Source of the DNA: Octopus bimaculoides | Lineage: Eukaryota | Reading direction: 5' to 3' | NCBI RefSeq assembly: GCF_001194135.2 | Contig: NC_068987.1 | Coordinates: 59,788,368 to 59,852,367, forward strand | DNA length: 64,000 nt | Notes under the pieces: generated by a model | What the model saw: the letters and a program-made list of their open reading frames with translations, nothing else | Databases searched by the model: none | What the model was told of the DNA's origin: nothing | Made by a program: the position numbers and the translations under genes | Shown: positions 25,270 through 37,030 of the stretch, piece by piece | Layout of the letters: every line of letters starts with the position of its first letter | Numbering within the stretch: the first letter of the stretch is position 1

Positions 25270-26440
25270 CTTGATTAGAATGGCGTCGCTAAACACCTTA
25301 CTACACTTACCTTTAGGAAGGCTCAGTATCCAAACCACTTCTGGCTGATCCGTCTACAGCACAATATAAAGTTTTCTGCTTTCTTTTTCACCCCGCCTTA
25401 TATACCACGTCTACTATCCTGACCTTCCGAACGTCCTATACGAGCGACGTTTTGCTCTATTCTCTCACAATTTCACATTCTTAACCGTTCTATCCCTCCC
25501 TACACAAACTTCCTTTTTTCATCTACCTACATAGTACCTTTCACACTATCTAAACTTCCTCTGCTGTTTTCAGTTTTTCTCTTATACCAAGGCACTGAAA
25601 CTTTACTTACTCTTTCCGACACCCTCCGATACGCTTCACTATTCAAATCCTGCATCCACTAGTTTTGCCTCTGGCAAGGCCTTTATTCCTATCCACCGTG
25701 CTTTCTCAGAAATGTTTCCCATTGTATTTTGGTTAAACAATTTCTGAATCTCAACGCTTTTTTTCTCTCTAGAGACCATCGTTTCATGTTCTTAAGTTCT
25801 TGCAGAGATCAGTTTCAAACTTGCACAGAGGTCGGACAATTCCTCCGCCGTGAGAAATTGCATGATTTCTACGTCAGCCATCCGCCTGAGCTCAACAACT
25901 CTAATGATTTTACTGACCTTGGTTGTCAAACATTTCACAAGGTGCCACCCTCAGGCCAATTCACAAGCCTTGGCATTGTCACAATATGTGCCCTTTCTAG
26001 ATAAAATGTTATGATTTTATTAACCTGTTTTGATGTTTCAATATTACTTAAACTGAATTCGGAAACTTGCCAACTCCGACACTGAAACAGTACTATGATG
26101 GAAACACAAGTCAGTGGCAAAGTAGTTACGACCATTTTCATATTTCATGAACGTCATTTCCTTTCCTTCAAACGAGATCATTTAGTCCATATCTCTGTAA
26201 TCTCTCTTCAGTGTAACACATGCGTTTACACCAAAAAAACTTACGAGATAATCACTTAAATTACACCAAATCGCCTATTGGCTGGCACTTCTGCTTGTTC
26301 ACCGATGCTGTTTCTTACCTCACAGTCTGTGATGTTATTTCACCCCTCTCGCTTCTCACTATCATAAAGAACAGTGTCTTATCTTTAGCCTCGGTTATCT
26401 CTCCCACACAGCTTTAAATAGGGTACTCATGTTCACATAA
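25270..26440 (+). mobile_element. Penelope-like element remnant: N-terminal domain joined to GIY-YIG C-terminus, RT missing
   Basis: LSRDHRF...EVGQFLRREKLHDFY...VPPSGQFTSL (PLE N-terminal pattern) and SPIGWHF...KEQCLIFSLGYLSHTALNRVLMFT* (EQ.LIF.LG.L.P.GLN pattern). Confidence 0.7.
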
Positions 26441-27047
26441 CTGCACACTACATCACCGTATTCTACACTCACATTGTTGTACCCCACCATAACATACCAC
26501 ACTTATACTTACTTATCATAGACCACATACTCTAATCCATTACATCTATAAAACCATATAAAGTTGGCATAACACACGCACACATATACACGTATACATA
26601 CAAACACACACACACACAAGAACACTAGCACAAATACTAACTTCACATGCGTATACGCAAGCAGACACCCTAATAACAAAACTATTACATGTTATATCAA
26701 CGCACATACCTTAAACAAACTACTCGCCCACATATATTTCAAAGTGCCATAAAACAACATAAATGCATATCACATACAAATAACCGTTATTAACCACGGA
26801 CTTATCCTATATAGCCATACCAACAAATAAACCCATTACATCACACATACGGACAAGTAAACCATTAGTTTTACACACGTTATGAATATTCATAAATAAA
26901 GTAATACATGTAAATGACTAACTTCACCCTCTTCTCCATTCCACTATGTAATTATTACCTACACAAATGCATAACTGATATATTGTTACAACTCACATTA
27001 CATTTCATAGGTTCACGTATTCACGTTTGTATGTCTTTGTAAATATT

Positions 27048-27130
<83 letters not shown>

Positions 27131-27823
27131 TGTGTGTGCATGTTTGTGGGTGTATCATAATAGAGAAATGATTTTTGCAAACAGATTTACAATCTTTATT
27201 TTGCTTGACACATATTAAGGCTATTTAACACCTACATAACTGACAAAATTGCATACTTAACTTCTCTATATACACATAAAACCGTTATATGAGCTTCCCC
27301 ACATTTCTCTTCTTCTCCTTCATTCTTTCTGTCTCTCTTTTTTCTCCTCTTTCTCTTACCTTCTTTCTTCCCCCTTCATTTTTTCGCTCTCGATCTCTCT
27401 CACTTTTTCTCTCATTTTCCACATGCTATCAGTATAACCCAGATTATGTCTCTACTTCCGGTCATTCTAAATCACTCTCCAACAACCTTTTTACACCTAT
27501 AATGTAAAGAGACGACGTAAATCCGTTTTTATTTCTTTTACACCGACCATTCTTCTCCCTTTTATCTCTCTTTCATAAAAGTGTGTAAATAGTAAAGTAA
27601 TACTTTCATTGAAAATTTGTTTTCATTGTACGCAAGCTTTAAATTTTATATTTTCTGGTTTTCCGCCATGTATTTTATTTGTTTAACTTCATATATTTTA
27701 TATTTGTTTCTTTACTCTTTGCCACATCATCGTTCACGTTCAACGTTGTGTTTTTATTCATCCAACCATCCATCCGTTCATCCATTAGTCCACCCTTTCA
27801 TGAATCAATCAATCAATCAATCA

Positions 27824-27879
<56 letters not shown>

Positions 27880-28089
27880 GTCTGTCTGTCTGTCTGTCTC
27901 TTTGCCCCTCTTTCTCTCTCCCTTCATTTCTCTCCCTCTCCGCCTGTCTCTGTCTCTTGTTCTTGGAATCCCTTCTCACAGGGTTATGTGGCAGAGTTTT
28001 GCCTCTGAGAGTCTTGCCTGAGAAAAATATATGTCACATTTATCAATGCATGTCCTCCTGCCATTATTAATTTAGATGAGAATAAGAAT

Positions 28090-28700
28090 CAGTCTTTGAA
28101 TCCAAGCTATCAGTCGTGTCATCTTCATAAGCTGCTTTTTCTTGATGATTTCAGTAGTAGATTGGATCAGAGAGTTATATGGTCTCATGTCATTGGTCAT
28201 TCATGTGGTGGATTCTTGTAACAGCAACGACCTCTTCCTTTTAAGGCATGTGCTGAACACAGTCTCTTTATAACCAACATCTTAGACGCATTTTCGCTGC
28301 AAACACTGGCGTTTCATTGGCCACATAATTGTGAAAAGGCATGATCTAAGTGATGAGCAGATAATAAGATCTCATGTGGGGATGGGCGCAGCACTGATCA
28401 TAAGTTCATTGTTAGTAAAATAAGTTGGTATTTAGAAGCAACAGGCGTCCTCAGGGCAAGCCACCATGAAGAAAGCTCACAAATCGTCAGAATGTCAAAG
28501 GTCATTTCTGAAATCCTTTCAGAGAACCTAAACAAAACATCTTTCAATATTGAAGACAGAGAGAACAGCTGGGCTTCTCTAAACAGACTTTGTGTACATT
28601 TGCAGTTGGCATCCATGGCCTTTCTAGAACACACTGCAAGGATTGGTTTTGACAAAAATAACAAAGAAATCCATTAAGAGACGAAAAAAACTAATCAAGA
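28090..28700 (+). mobile_element. RTE-clade LINE remnant (C-terminal half of the AP endonuclease and linker)
   Basis: Remnants of WRFIGHIIVKRHD, STDHKFIVSK, ENSWASL and GFDKNNKEI. Confidence 0.65.
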
Positions 28701-29119
28701 CTGTCAGCATTGATAAAAACTCACCGTGAAAGGTAGGTGCTCTTCATTATGTAAAATTGGTCTTCAGAAGGATAATAAGGCTTATGAAAAATAATTAGTG
28801 TAAAGAACGGGCTTAGGTGACGCAAACACATGCTGACACGATGCAGGGTAAATTTTGAAATCCATCATACAATCAATAGCCTTTACATACAAGATTTACT
28901 TAAATCATACTTCTCTAATCACAATATTGGATCACAGTGGGAAGACGGATTAACCATATTATACAATCACAATGGCTTCATACAATATGCCTTTAGAAAA
29001 TATATAATATCTGTTAATATGTAGATCTGAAATCTACAGTAGTCGCAAACCGAACAATAGCTGACTTAGCTTCGGCTCCAATAATTACAAGCCATTTCAG
29101 AAGGCCCCGAATGAGAAAG

Positions 29120-29153
<34 letters not shown>

Positions 29154-29227
29154 NNNNNNNNNNNNNNNNNNNNNNNNNNNNNNNNNNNNNNNNNNNNNNN
29201 NNNNNNNNNNNNNNNNNNNNNNNNNNN

Positions 29228-29291
<64 letters not shown>

Positions 29292-29463
29292 GTGTGTGTG
29301 TGTGTGTATTAATATATGTATTTAATAATGTTTATTACACTAAAGCTGCTTTTACTTCACATGTAAATTTTCTCTTAGGCATGCAATTTTCGGGCATATC
29401 AGCCCGTGATTTTACAAGCCATGAGCATATAAGTCGTGGACTGGCTAGGTGACCCAAGCGGGT

Positions 29464-29514
29464 GAGTGATGCTGACAAGCCACAAAAATGGCGAAACATC
29501 GATGTCCATCACTC
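29464..29514 (+). ncRNA. Type I hammerhead ribozyme with one core substitution (G8 to A)
   Basis: Helix I GAGTGATG/CATCACTC; CTGACAA (consensus CTGANGA); helix II GCCA-CAAAAA-TGGC; GAA; palindromic helix III ACATCGATGT; GUC triplet (C29506). Confidence 0.8.
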
Positions 29515-29719
29515 CCAACTGGGATTGAGGTGAGTTATCTCACATGTCCATAACTCTGACGTGTTTAACACCAGCGACATGAAAGTTATATACTCCACTA
29601 CGCCATTGCAGCAACCAGAAAATACACAAAGCATATAAATCAGTATATGTATGTATGTATGTGTTTATGCATGTACCCATGTATGCATATGTATATGTAT
29701 GTATACATACATGCTTATG

Positions 29720-29872
29720 CATGTGATTAGAAGCTTGGTTCTCAACAACAGGGTTCCGGGTTCAGTCCCACTGCGTGGCACCCTGAGCAAGTGTCTTCTA
29801 CTATAGAATCGGGGGGGGGACCAAAGGCTTGTGAGTGGATTTGGTACACGGAAACTGGAAAAGACTGTCGTA
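29720..29872 (+). mobile_element. SINE of the 9139 family
   Basis: ccgggttcagtcccactgcgtggcaccctgagcaagtgtcttctactatag...gagtggatttggta..cggaaactg. Confidence 0.85.
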
Positions 29873-30289
29873 TATATATGTATATATATATATAATTTAC
29901 AGAAAAGAACCAAAGTTCATGAACTCAGCCATGAAAATCGACAGTCACATATAGAAAAGTTTAATAAGTAAATACACTAAAAAGAATTATAATAAAATAC
30001 AATGTAATGATCATTAATATAATAAAACGACTACACGTGTTTCATAACCAAAGTTTCAAATAGAAAATGAAATAAAATAAAATCGATTAAAATAAATCGA
30101 TCGAAAATCAATTTTATTCAAAAATATAGCTTAGCTTCGGGTCAAAATACAACAACAATAATAATAAAATGAATGTATATATATCAACCAACAATAAATA
30201 ACAAATTAATTTATATAAAAATACTTATTATATCAAGAAGTAAAAGTACTTACATATCTGTGGAGATCTGCAATTAAAAATTCTGAAAT

Positions 30290-32217
30290 GCTTTAATTGT
30301 CAGAAAATAGAACATAAAAGCTCACATTGAAGAGGGAAGCAAAAAAAGTCGAAAAATATTCTAAAATAGTTTGCACAAAAGAAAGTCGTAACGACACCCC
30401 AAAAAGGAATGCGTATGTAAAAATAGACCACGCAAACGTGAAACTACAACTAGACATAGGTAGCGATATTACAATTATTGATACCGATACGTAGAAGAAA
30501 ACTGGGAAACCTACATTAAAGAAAACATCGAAAAGTGCGCGAGGCGTCGCAGGTAAAAGATTACATTTCTTAGGCAAAATGGTAAGCGACATTACATTTC
30601 GTGGTAAAACTTGTAAAGCAAAAGTGTTGGCGTCAAAAAATGGAATGAATTTGTTCGGTACTGACTGGATGGAGGTGTTTTATTTATGGGACTTCCCCAT
30701 ATGTCCGTTCCGTTAAAACATAAATGATTGTTCCTCTAGTAAGAATAAGGCGTCAGATGAATTGAAGAAAAAATTATAAAATGCTTTTCCTGAAGTGTTG
30801 TCGGATAAATTAGGTTTCTGTATTAAGACCGAGGCATGTTTCCGAATTAAGGGAAACGCAATACCAAAAACAGAACGATGCCTTTTGCTGCAATACAACG
30901 TGTCGATGAAGATTTAGACAGATTACAGAAAATTGAAGTCATTCAGAAAGTGAAATAAGCAAAATGGGAAGCTCCAACAGTGTGTATTAAAAAATCAAAG
31001 AATAACACAATCAGGGTGTGTGCCGATTTTTCCACTGGCTTGAATGAATGTCTGAAAACGTGTCACTATCCGCTACCTACTCCGGAGATATTTTTGTGGA
31101 GTTAAACGGGAGCAAAATATTTTTGAAACTGGACCTCACTGATGCGTACCTACAAATTAGAGTAGACGAGGAATGCTCAAAATACCTAACAGTGAATACG
31201 CATAAAGGACTATATAAATATAACAGATTAGCATTTGATCTAAAGGTCGCACCTGCAACTTTTTAATGGGTTACGGATACAATGTTAGCGGACTGAGAAA
31301 TCACAATTCCACACCTGGATGATATATTAATTAAAAGTAAATCTTGTGATCAGCATGTCGAGCATGTAAAATGTGTTTTTGAAAGAAATGAGAGATTACG
31401 GTTTCACACTGAGTGACAAAATATGTAAATTTTTCTTATCTAAAATTAAGTACTTAGGACAAATTATCGACAGGAATGGACGACGCCGGACCGTCTCGAG
31501 CAGACGCAATTAAAAATATGCCTCCTCCGACTAATATAACGACCTTACAAGCTTTTCTAGGTCCAGCGAATCATTATCAAAATTATATAGCAAATATGCA
31601 TGAATTGAGAGCTCCACTAAATAATTTGCTAAAAAAAGGATGTGAAGTGGAATTAGTCAAATATCGAAGAAAGAGAAGAAATACCGGTGAAAGTTTGTTA
31701 TGACTTGTTCGATGTTTCAACGCCAAAAGAGGTTGAAACTAGGCGGATCAAAATAGAAAACGTAAACAAACAGAACGACTAGAAATAGTCCCTAAGCGAA
31801 AGAAGACTTAAAAACTTCTGAGAAAATTGAAAGGGAGAAGTGATGATGAAAAGAAAAAACAAATTAAATTAAATAAACAATTTACACTTCCTACAGAAAT
31901 CAAATCTCAAAGGGGGAGATGTTATGGTGAGAATCATGACAACCCCTATGAGAATAGACGAGACGAACTCGTATAAATAGCAACGTGTTTGACAGAGCGA
32001 GAGATGAGAAATCGCAGGAAGATGAAAGATGTCGTTCGTGAGTCCGTGGAGTCGCAGGAAATTGTTCAGAAGTTGTTATAGCTCGTTGAGAGTTGTTTGG
32101 ATTGGTTACAGTTGTTGGCAGAGTATTTAGGAATACATCAAGTGGAGACTGTTGGTGTCTTCCCCGCTCTGTGGTAATATATCTCACACTGTATTAGTGC
32201 ACGACACTATCATGACA
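30290..32217 (+). mobile_element. Ty3/Gypsy (Mag / K02A2.6-like) LTR retrotransposon remnant: gag end, protease, RT, internal deletion, PPT, 3' LTR
   Basis: Protease VKLQLDIGSDITIID; RT IRVCADFSTGLNE, KLDLTDAYLQI, NRLAFDLKVAPATF, HLDDIL. PPT aaagggggaga at 31909-31919 is followed by TGTTATG. Confidence 0.9.
31920..32217 (+). repeat. 3' LTR of the Gypsy element
   Basis: Starts TGTTATG directly after the PPT and ends CATGACA (imperfect inverted termini); TATAAATA at about 31973. The right boundary could instead be 32188. Confidence 0.65.
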
Positions 32218-32257
32218 TATACAGACTACGTTATAAAACACTTATATGTATGCATAC

Positions 32258-32293
<36 letters not shown>

Positions 32294-34581
32294 GTATGTG
32301 TGGGTATTAGAGTGCGTGTGTGTTTGTGTGTGTGTGTGTGGGGGGGGGTGAAATATCGAGAAATGTCATTATGAAAGACTAGACTGAGATCATTCATTTT
32401 CGTCAAAATGGCAATTGGTTTTTGGAATCACGTCGGGATATGACCGCTCTAGTTCGATTGCATTGTGATAGTTTTCACACAGAAAACATGGTCGGATGCA
32501 ATACGCATTTCACATTATATACACAATAAGAGCATTTCATAAAGTTCTAGCATTCAACACAGCAAGTGTAATATCAAGGGTGATCTTTGAATCGATGATT
32601 GTAGAAATATGTCAGCGGACAGGAAGTATTCAAATGTATTTTTTCTCGTAAAGTTCAAAAGCTTAAGGCAACGCATGGAAAACTTTCCAAACACTGTTCC
32701 ATTAGCAAAAAGAAATAGCATTGTTGAAAATCTGTTTCACAACAGAAGAATATGGTGCAACCATAGAGTTCAAAAGCATCGCTGTTAAAATATCACCTCT
32801 GAATCAACGCTAAAACGTTCTTTCTTTTTAACATCAATATGTTTTAGCGTGCATGCACGCGTGTATGCGTGTGTGCGCATGTCTGTATATGTCTCTGTGC
32901 ATGTGTGCATACACAGATACATATATGCATGCACACATACATACACCTCCCGACATATATATGTATATATATATATATATATTTTGTATGTATGTATGTA
33001 TGTATGTATGTATGCATGTATGTATATCGTTTATCTTTTACTTCTTTGATTATACTGGCCTTGAACAAACCTATTCCACACCACATCACACCACCCGCAC
33101 ACACTAGCACTGACCCCTTCCCAGCACCCACACCATCTTCCACACACCTACACATGCACACACGCACACACACACACATCAAGGTCACCAGCCCCCTTCC
33201 ACAGACACAACACTCTCACATACACACACACGCGCACCTTCGTTTTGGGATCACAACTACTTTATTATCTCCCCTTCTTCCTAGCTCTCCAGTGTGACCT
33301 GTGTGTCTGGCATTCGCCATGATAGATCGCTAGCCATTAAACCTTTTTCATTTTCTCTCTCTGTTTATTTCTGTGTTCCTCTCTGTCGAAAAGCGTAGGC
33401 TCCTAACGTAAGACTTTCTCACTTCCTGAGCGCTAAACTAATACATCTATTTGTTATTTACATACTCGCCTTCGTCTTTTGCTTTTTTTTTGTTTTGTAA
33501 AATCTCACTATCCCAATACTTGTTTGTTTGGTCTGGTCTCATTTTGAATATAACCATCAGCTCACGTTTTCAGCTGAATCAGTTTCATCAACTGATGTAA
33601 CGTTGATAAGTTTCACCAGGATTAACTTGAGTGAGGATATTATGCAAAATGTCCAGCTTGGATAGATAGGTATATTTTTTGTTACAGAGAATATACACTT
33701 TGCCAATAGATATCTTGTTTGCTGCCAGTAGGTCACTATGGCTCATCAGTCACACATATGGTTACTTGAGATGTTATAAATAATGCCCATAATTTTCTCA
33801 GTCATACTGTGTCATCCTGTATAAAGACAAGACACTGGATAATGTTGTCGTATGGACTTCCAGATTCAGGATGTTGATTGTCAGATTGCTCTTGATCATA
33901 TGTCTACTTGATCAGGTTTGATTTGGGGCTAAAAACAACAACCTTTGAATTCAAATTTAGCTCCATTCCTACCACCACTGCATGAAATAAATATGTATTC
34001 TTTAGATGATACATAAATTCACATATATAGTAAAGGAAATATATATGAGCAAACTTCTGTCAAACCGCGCAGCTGTAGTCAGATATTATTGCGACGATAT
34101 CTACTGTCTATTACGTACATGTATAATATTTTCTACAGAATAAGTTCCAATGACAAAAACAACTAGTTAAAATGGACCAAATTACATAGCAGTAGGAAAA
34201 AAATTAACATACTTATTAAACAAGAGACAGAAAGTAATGGTTTCATCTATCTCTAATACAGTAGGATATCTGAGACAGTTAGGAGAAAACTGGGGGAGAA
34301 GGGAAATTGTTGTGGGTGCTAGAAAATAATATTGACAAAATGCGCCTCTTTAATAATCAACCTAAAAGTTTGTGGATATAGAAAGCTGTTGATATATCTC
34401 GGAAGAAAAGGAGGAAGATGCTTAGAATCAGTACAGACTCAGAGTGTCGCATGTTACGTCAATATTTAATATCAGCACAGTAAACAAACGCATCGACCAA
34501 GTTTCCAACTAGGAAAAAAGAAGCTATTCAAGAATCGGAAATAAGCGCTTCCATAATCCAAGTTTCTAAAGATGCCAATAC

Positions 34582-34672
34582 AGCTGTTATTGAAGTCCGA
34601 TGTCTGCCAGACTTCAATAACAATTTTGTTTCAAGGTAACTTAATAATGATCCCAATATTGACAAACCTTTC
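34582..34672 (-). CDS. Candidate exon, KGLSILGSLLSYLETKLLLKSGRHRTSITA, phase 2 to 0
   Basis: Acceptor aaatttag| and donor GCT|gtattg, both moderate. Phase-compatible with the exon at 34741-34874 across a 68-nt intron. Confidence 0.3.
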
Positions 34673-34740
34673 CTAAATTTGAGACCCTTTTAGTACTTCA
34701 TAATTTTACAGTTTAATAGTAATTGATAAATCTAAAATAC

Positions 34741-34874
34741 TCGTTGAACCACTGAGAAAAAGAGAAACATCTTTTATCTCTCAAGACGCGAGAGAAAATA
34801 TCGGTTAAATCAAATGTAGAAAATATTTCACATGTCAGTGAGAAATATTCCAAACTGTCCTCAGTTGGCTTTGC
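34741..34874 (-). CDS. Candidate exon, AKPTEDSLEYFSLTCEIFSTFDLTDIFSRVLRDKRCFSFSQWFN(E), phase 0 to 2
   Basis: Acceptor tgtatttttatag|, donor CGA|gtattt, 134 nt open in one frame only. Confidence 0.4.
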
Positions 34875-34952
34875 CTATAAAAATACATTGTTACTACAAT
34901 ATCATAAATAATCACTTACAGAAAAAAAAAAATTCTCTGTGACAAATATTAC

Positions 34953-35017
34953 CATTATTTCTCATGTTGAGAACATCCATCTTTTGGCTCGACAGATGAG
35001 ACAGAAGCAAAATTAAT
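34953..35017 (-). CDS. Candidate exon, LILLLSHLSSQKMDVLNMRNN, phase 2 to 1
   Basis: Acceptor cgtttgtttgtag|, donor ATG|gtaata. Its phase conflicts with the next candidate exon (see findings). Confidence 0.3.
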
Positions 35018-36304
35018 CTACAAACAAACGTGAACGTGACATTCAGATTCAAGGAGAAAGAGATTACTTATGTACGAACGTTTTGAAAACTAACAACAAA
35101 ACATATCTAAATTATAAGCTTACGTTTGTACCTGTAATGTTTGGCACACTTAATTACGCTACCAAATTCTTACAAATTTTAATGACTATTACTTAATAAT
35201 AAGTAAAATCTCTGACAATAAAAAACAATCTTCTAATACGAATTCTATAAATGCAATCAGTAAGAAAAAAATCTAAAAATATGCGTGATTTTTTAATATT
35301 TTGCATGTAACTTTGTAGTTATTGTTGTCTAGCTTTCTTTCGTTAAAAACAAAAGAAAGAGAACAGACACACATCCATACGTTGAGATTATAAATTACAT
35401 TAAATGCTATTTAAAGTTTGATTCGAAAGATTTTGAACAAATTATTTTCCACGTCTGTCACACAGAAACATAAGAGTATGCTTCACAAACCTGTATTTTC
35501 AGCCATATCATTATAGTTTACCGTTTTGCTTTCTTTTCTAATGATTCACGCATGGAATTCAACTCATATTTTATTTATACAAAAAGTAAAATAAATAACA
35601 AATAAATTAACGTATTGGAAACGCTATAATGAAATAAATCAAATAACATTTTGAAATTGTATTTTAATAAATGTTATTAGATTTCTTAAAGAAAAGTCAT
35701 GTATTATTTTAGAACATATCAGCTAAATTTGTATTTGATAGCTTTGTGTAGCACAATTTCGGGAATTTATGAGAATAAAACAATAAAGACAAATTGTATG
35801 AAACATACGATGTAGGATTACATAATGGAGAAATAATAAAAGTTTAATATGAAAGAATTAAAGCGAATACTAAGAGCGAATAATATAAAACTGTGTAACT
35901 GAAAAGAGAGAAAAAAAGAGAGAGAGAGTGGGGGGGGAGTTAGAAAAGACAGATGGGGATCCGGTTATATACAGTGATAATCAATTTATATTTATTCTGT
36001 TCCTGTTTAAAATATTTTCGTCTTTTACCATGAAAATTCACTTCATATTGTTTCTTGAAATAACGTTTAAATCAAACTGCGTGTTTTTCATGAATATACA
36101 GCTATTACAATGTCAAAATTAAGATCTTTATTAAAATTATAATAAATACGTATACATTTCTCCTAAGATTAAATCATGTTCTCCAACATTTTTCTACAAC
36201 AATGTATTGTGTATGAAAATCTCAATATATGCTGTACTTCTACCTGTAGACAGGATTAAGTCGGTGTAATTGTCTTCTAATTCACTTTAGAAGCAGAGCC
36301 TTAC

Positions 36305-36394
36305 CTAAATTGTTTTGTGAACGTATAAGAACTAAAAAAAAGTACTTGGAAGGTTTCTTTCCATTCCATAAACTCTACAAACATAGTCTCTATC
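36305..36394 (-). CDS. Candidate exon, IETMFVEFMEWKETFQVLFFSSYTFTKQF, phase 2 to 2
   Basis: Acceptor aatacttttag|, strong donor TAG|gtaagg, 90 nt open. Compatible with 34953-35017. Confidence 0.35.
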
Positions 36395-36770
36395 CTAAAA
36401 GTATTGTGATATGTTTAATCATTTTGAAATATTGTGTATTAACATTTGTTTTATGAATAATCTTTTTAGAAGTGGTATTTTTTCATTGTCAACAATAATC
36501 AACTAACTACTTTTATCAATATACTTTAATAATTATTCTGTCGGTACACTACATAATAACATAACTTACGTAACTTATAGGAAATCAATTCATATAAAAG
36601 AATATTCGTTGGTTAATCGATATTGTAAATTTGATCGTTTTTGTTAACACCTCTTGCATGAATTACTTTTTATAGTGATAATATAAGTACAGACCGTAGA
36701 TGAATAACGTGAATCATAAGTTGCTAGAGAGAAACCGAACATGTTCATTCGTATCATTTGTTGTTTTTTC

Positions 36771-36910
36771 ATGGCTAAGAGGTTCACTTCAAAACCACAT
36801 TTGTCTAAGTTTCGATCCCACTGCGCGGCACATTGGGCGATTGTCCTCTTCTACACCTTCGGCTTAATTAATGCCATGTGACTGAAATTTGCTATACAAA
36901 AAGGCTGTAC
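36771..36910 (+). mobile_element. Highly decayed SINE of the 9139 family
   Basis: gtttcgatcccactgcgcggcacattgggcga..tcttctac. Confidence 0.6.
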
Positions 36911-37030
36911 TATACATACTATACATACATACATACATACATACATACATACATACATACATACGTACATACATACATATACATACAAACAAACATACAT
37001 ACATACATACATACAAGCATACATACATAA

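Noticed and set aside
33370-33412. Hammerhead-like 'ctgtcgaaaagcgtaggctcctaacgtaag'
   Set aside because: Both core segments deviate and helix I is not supported in this copy.
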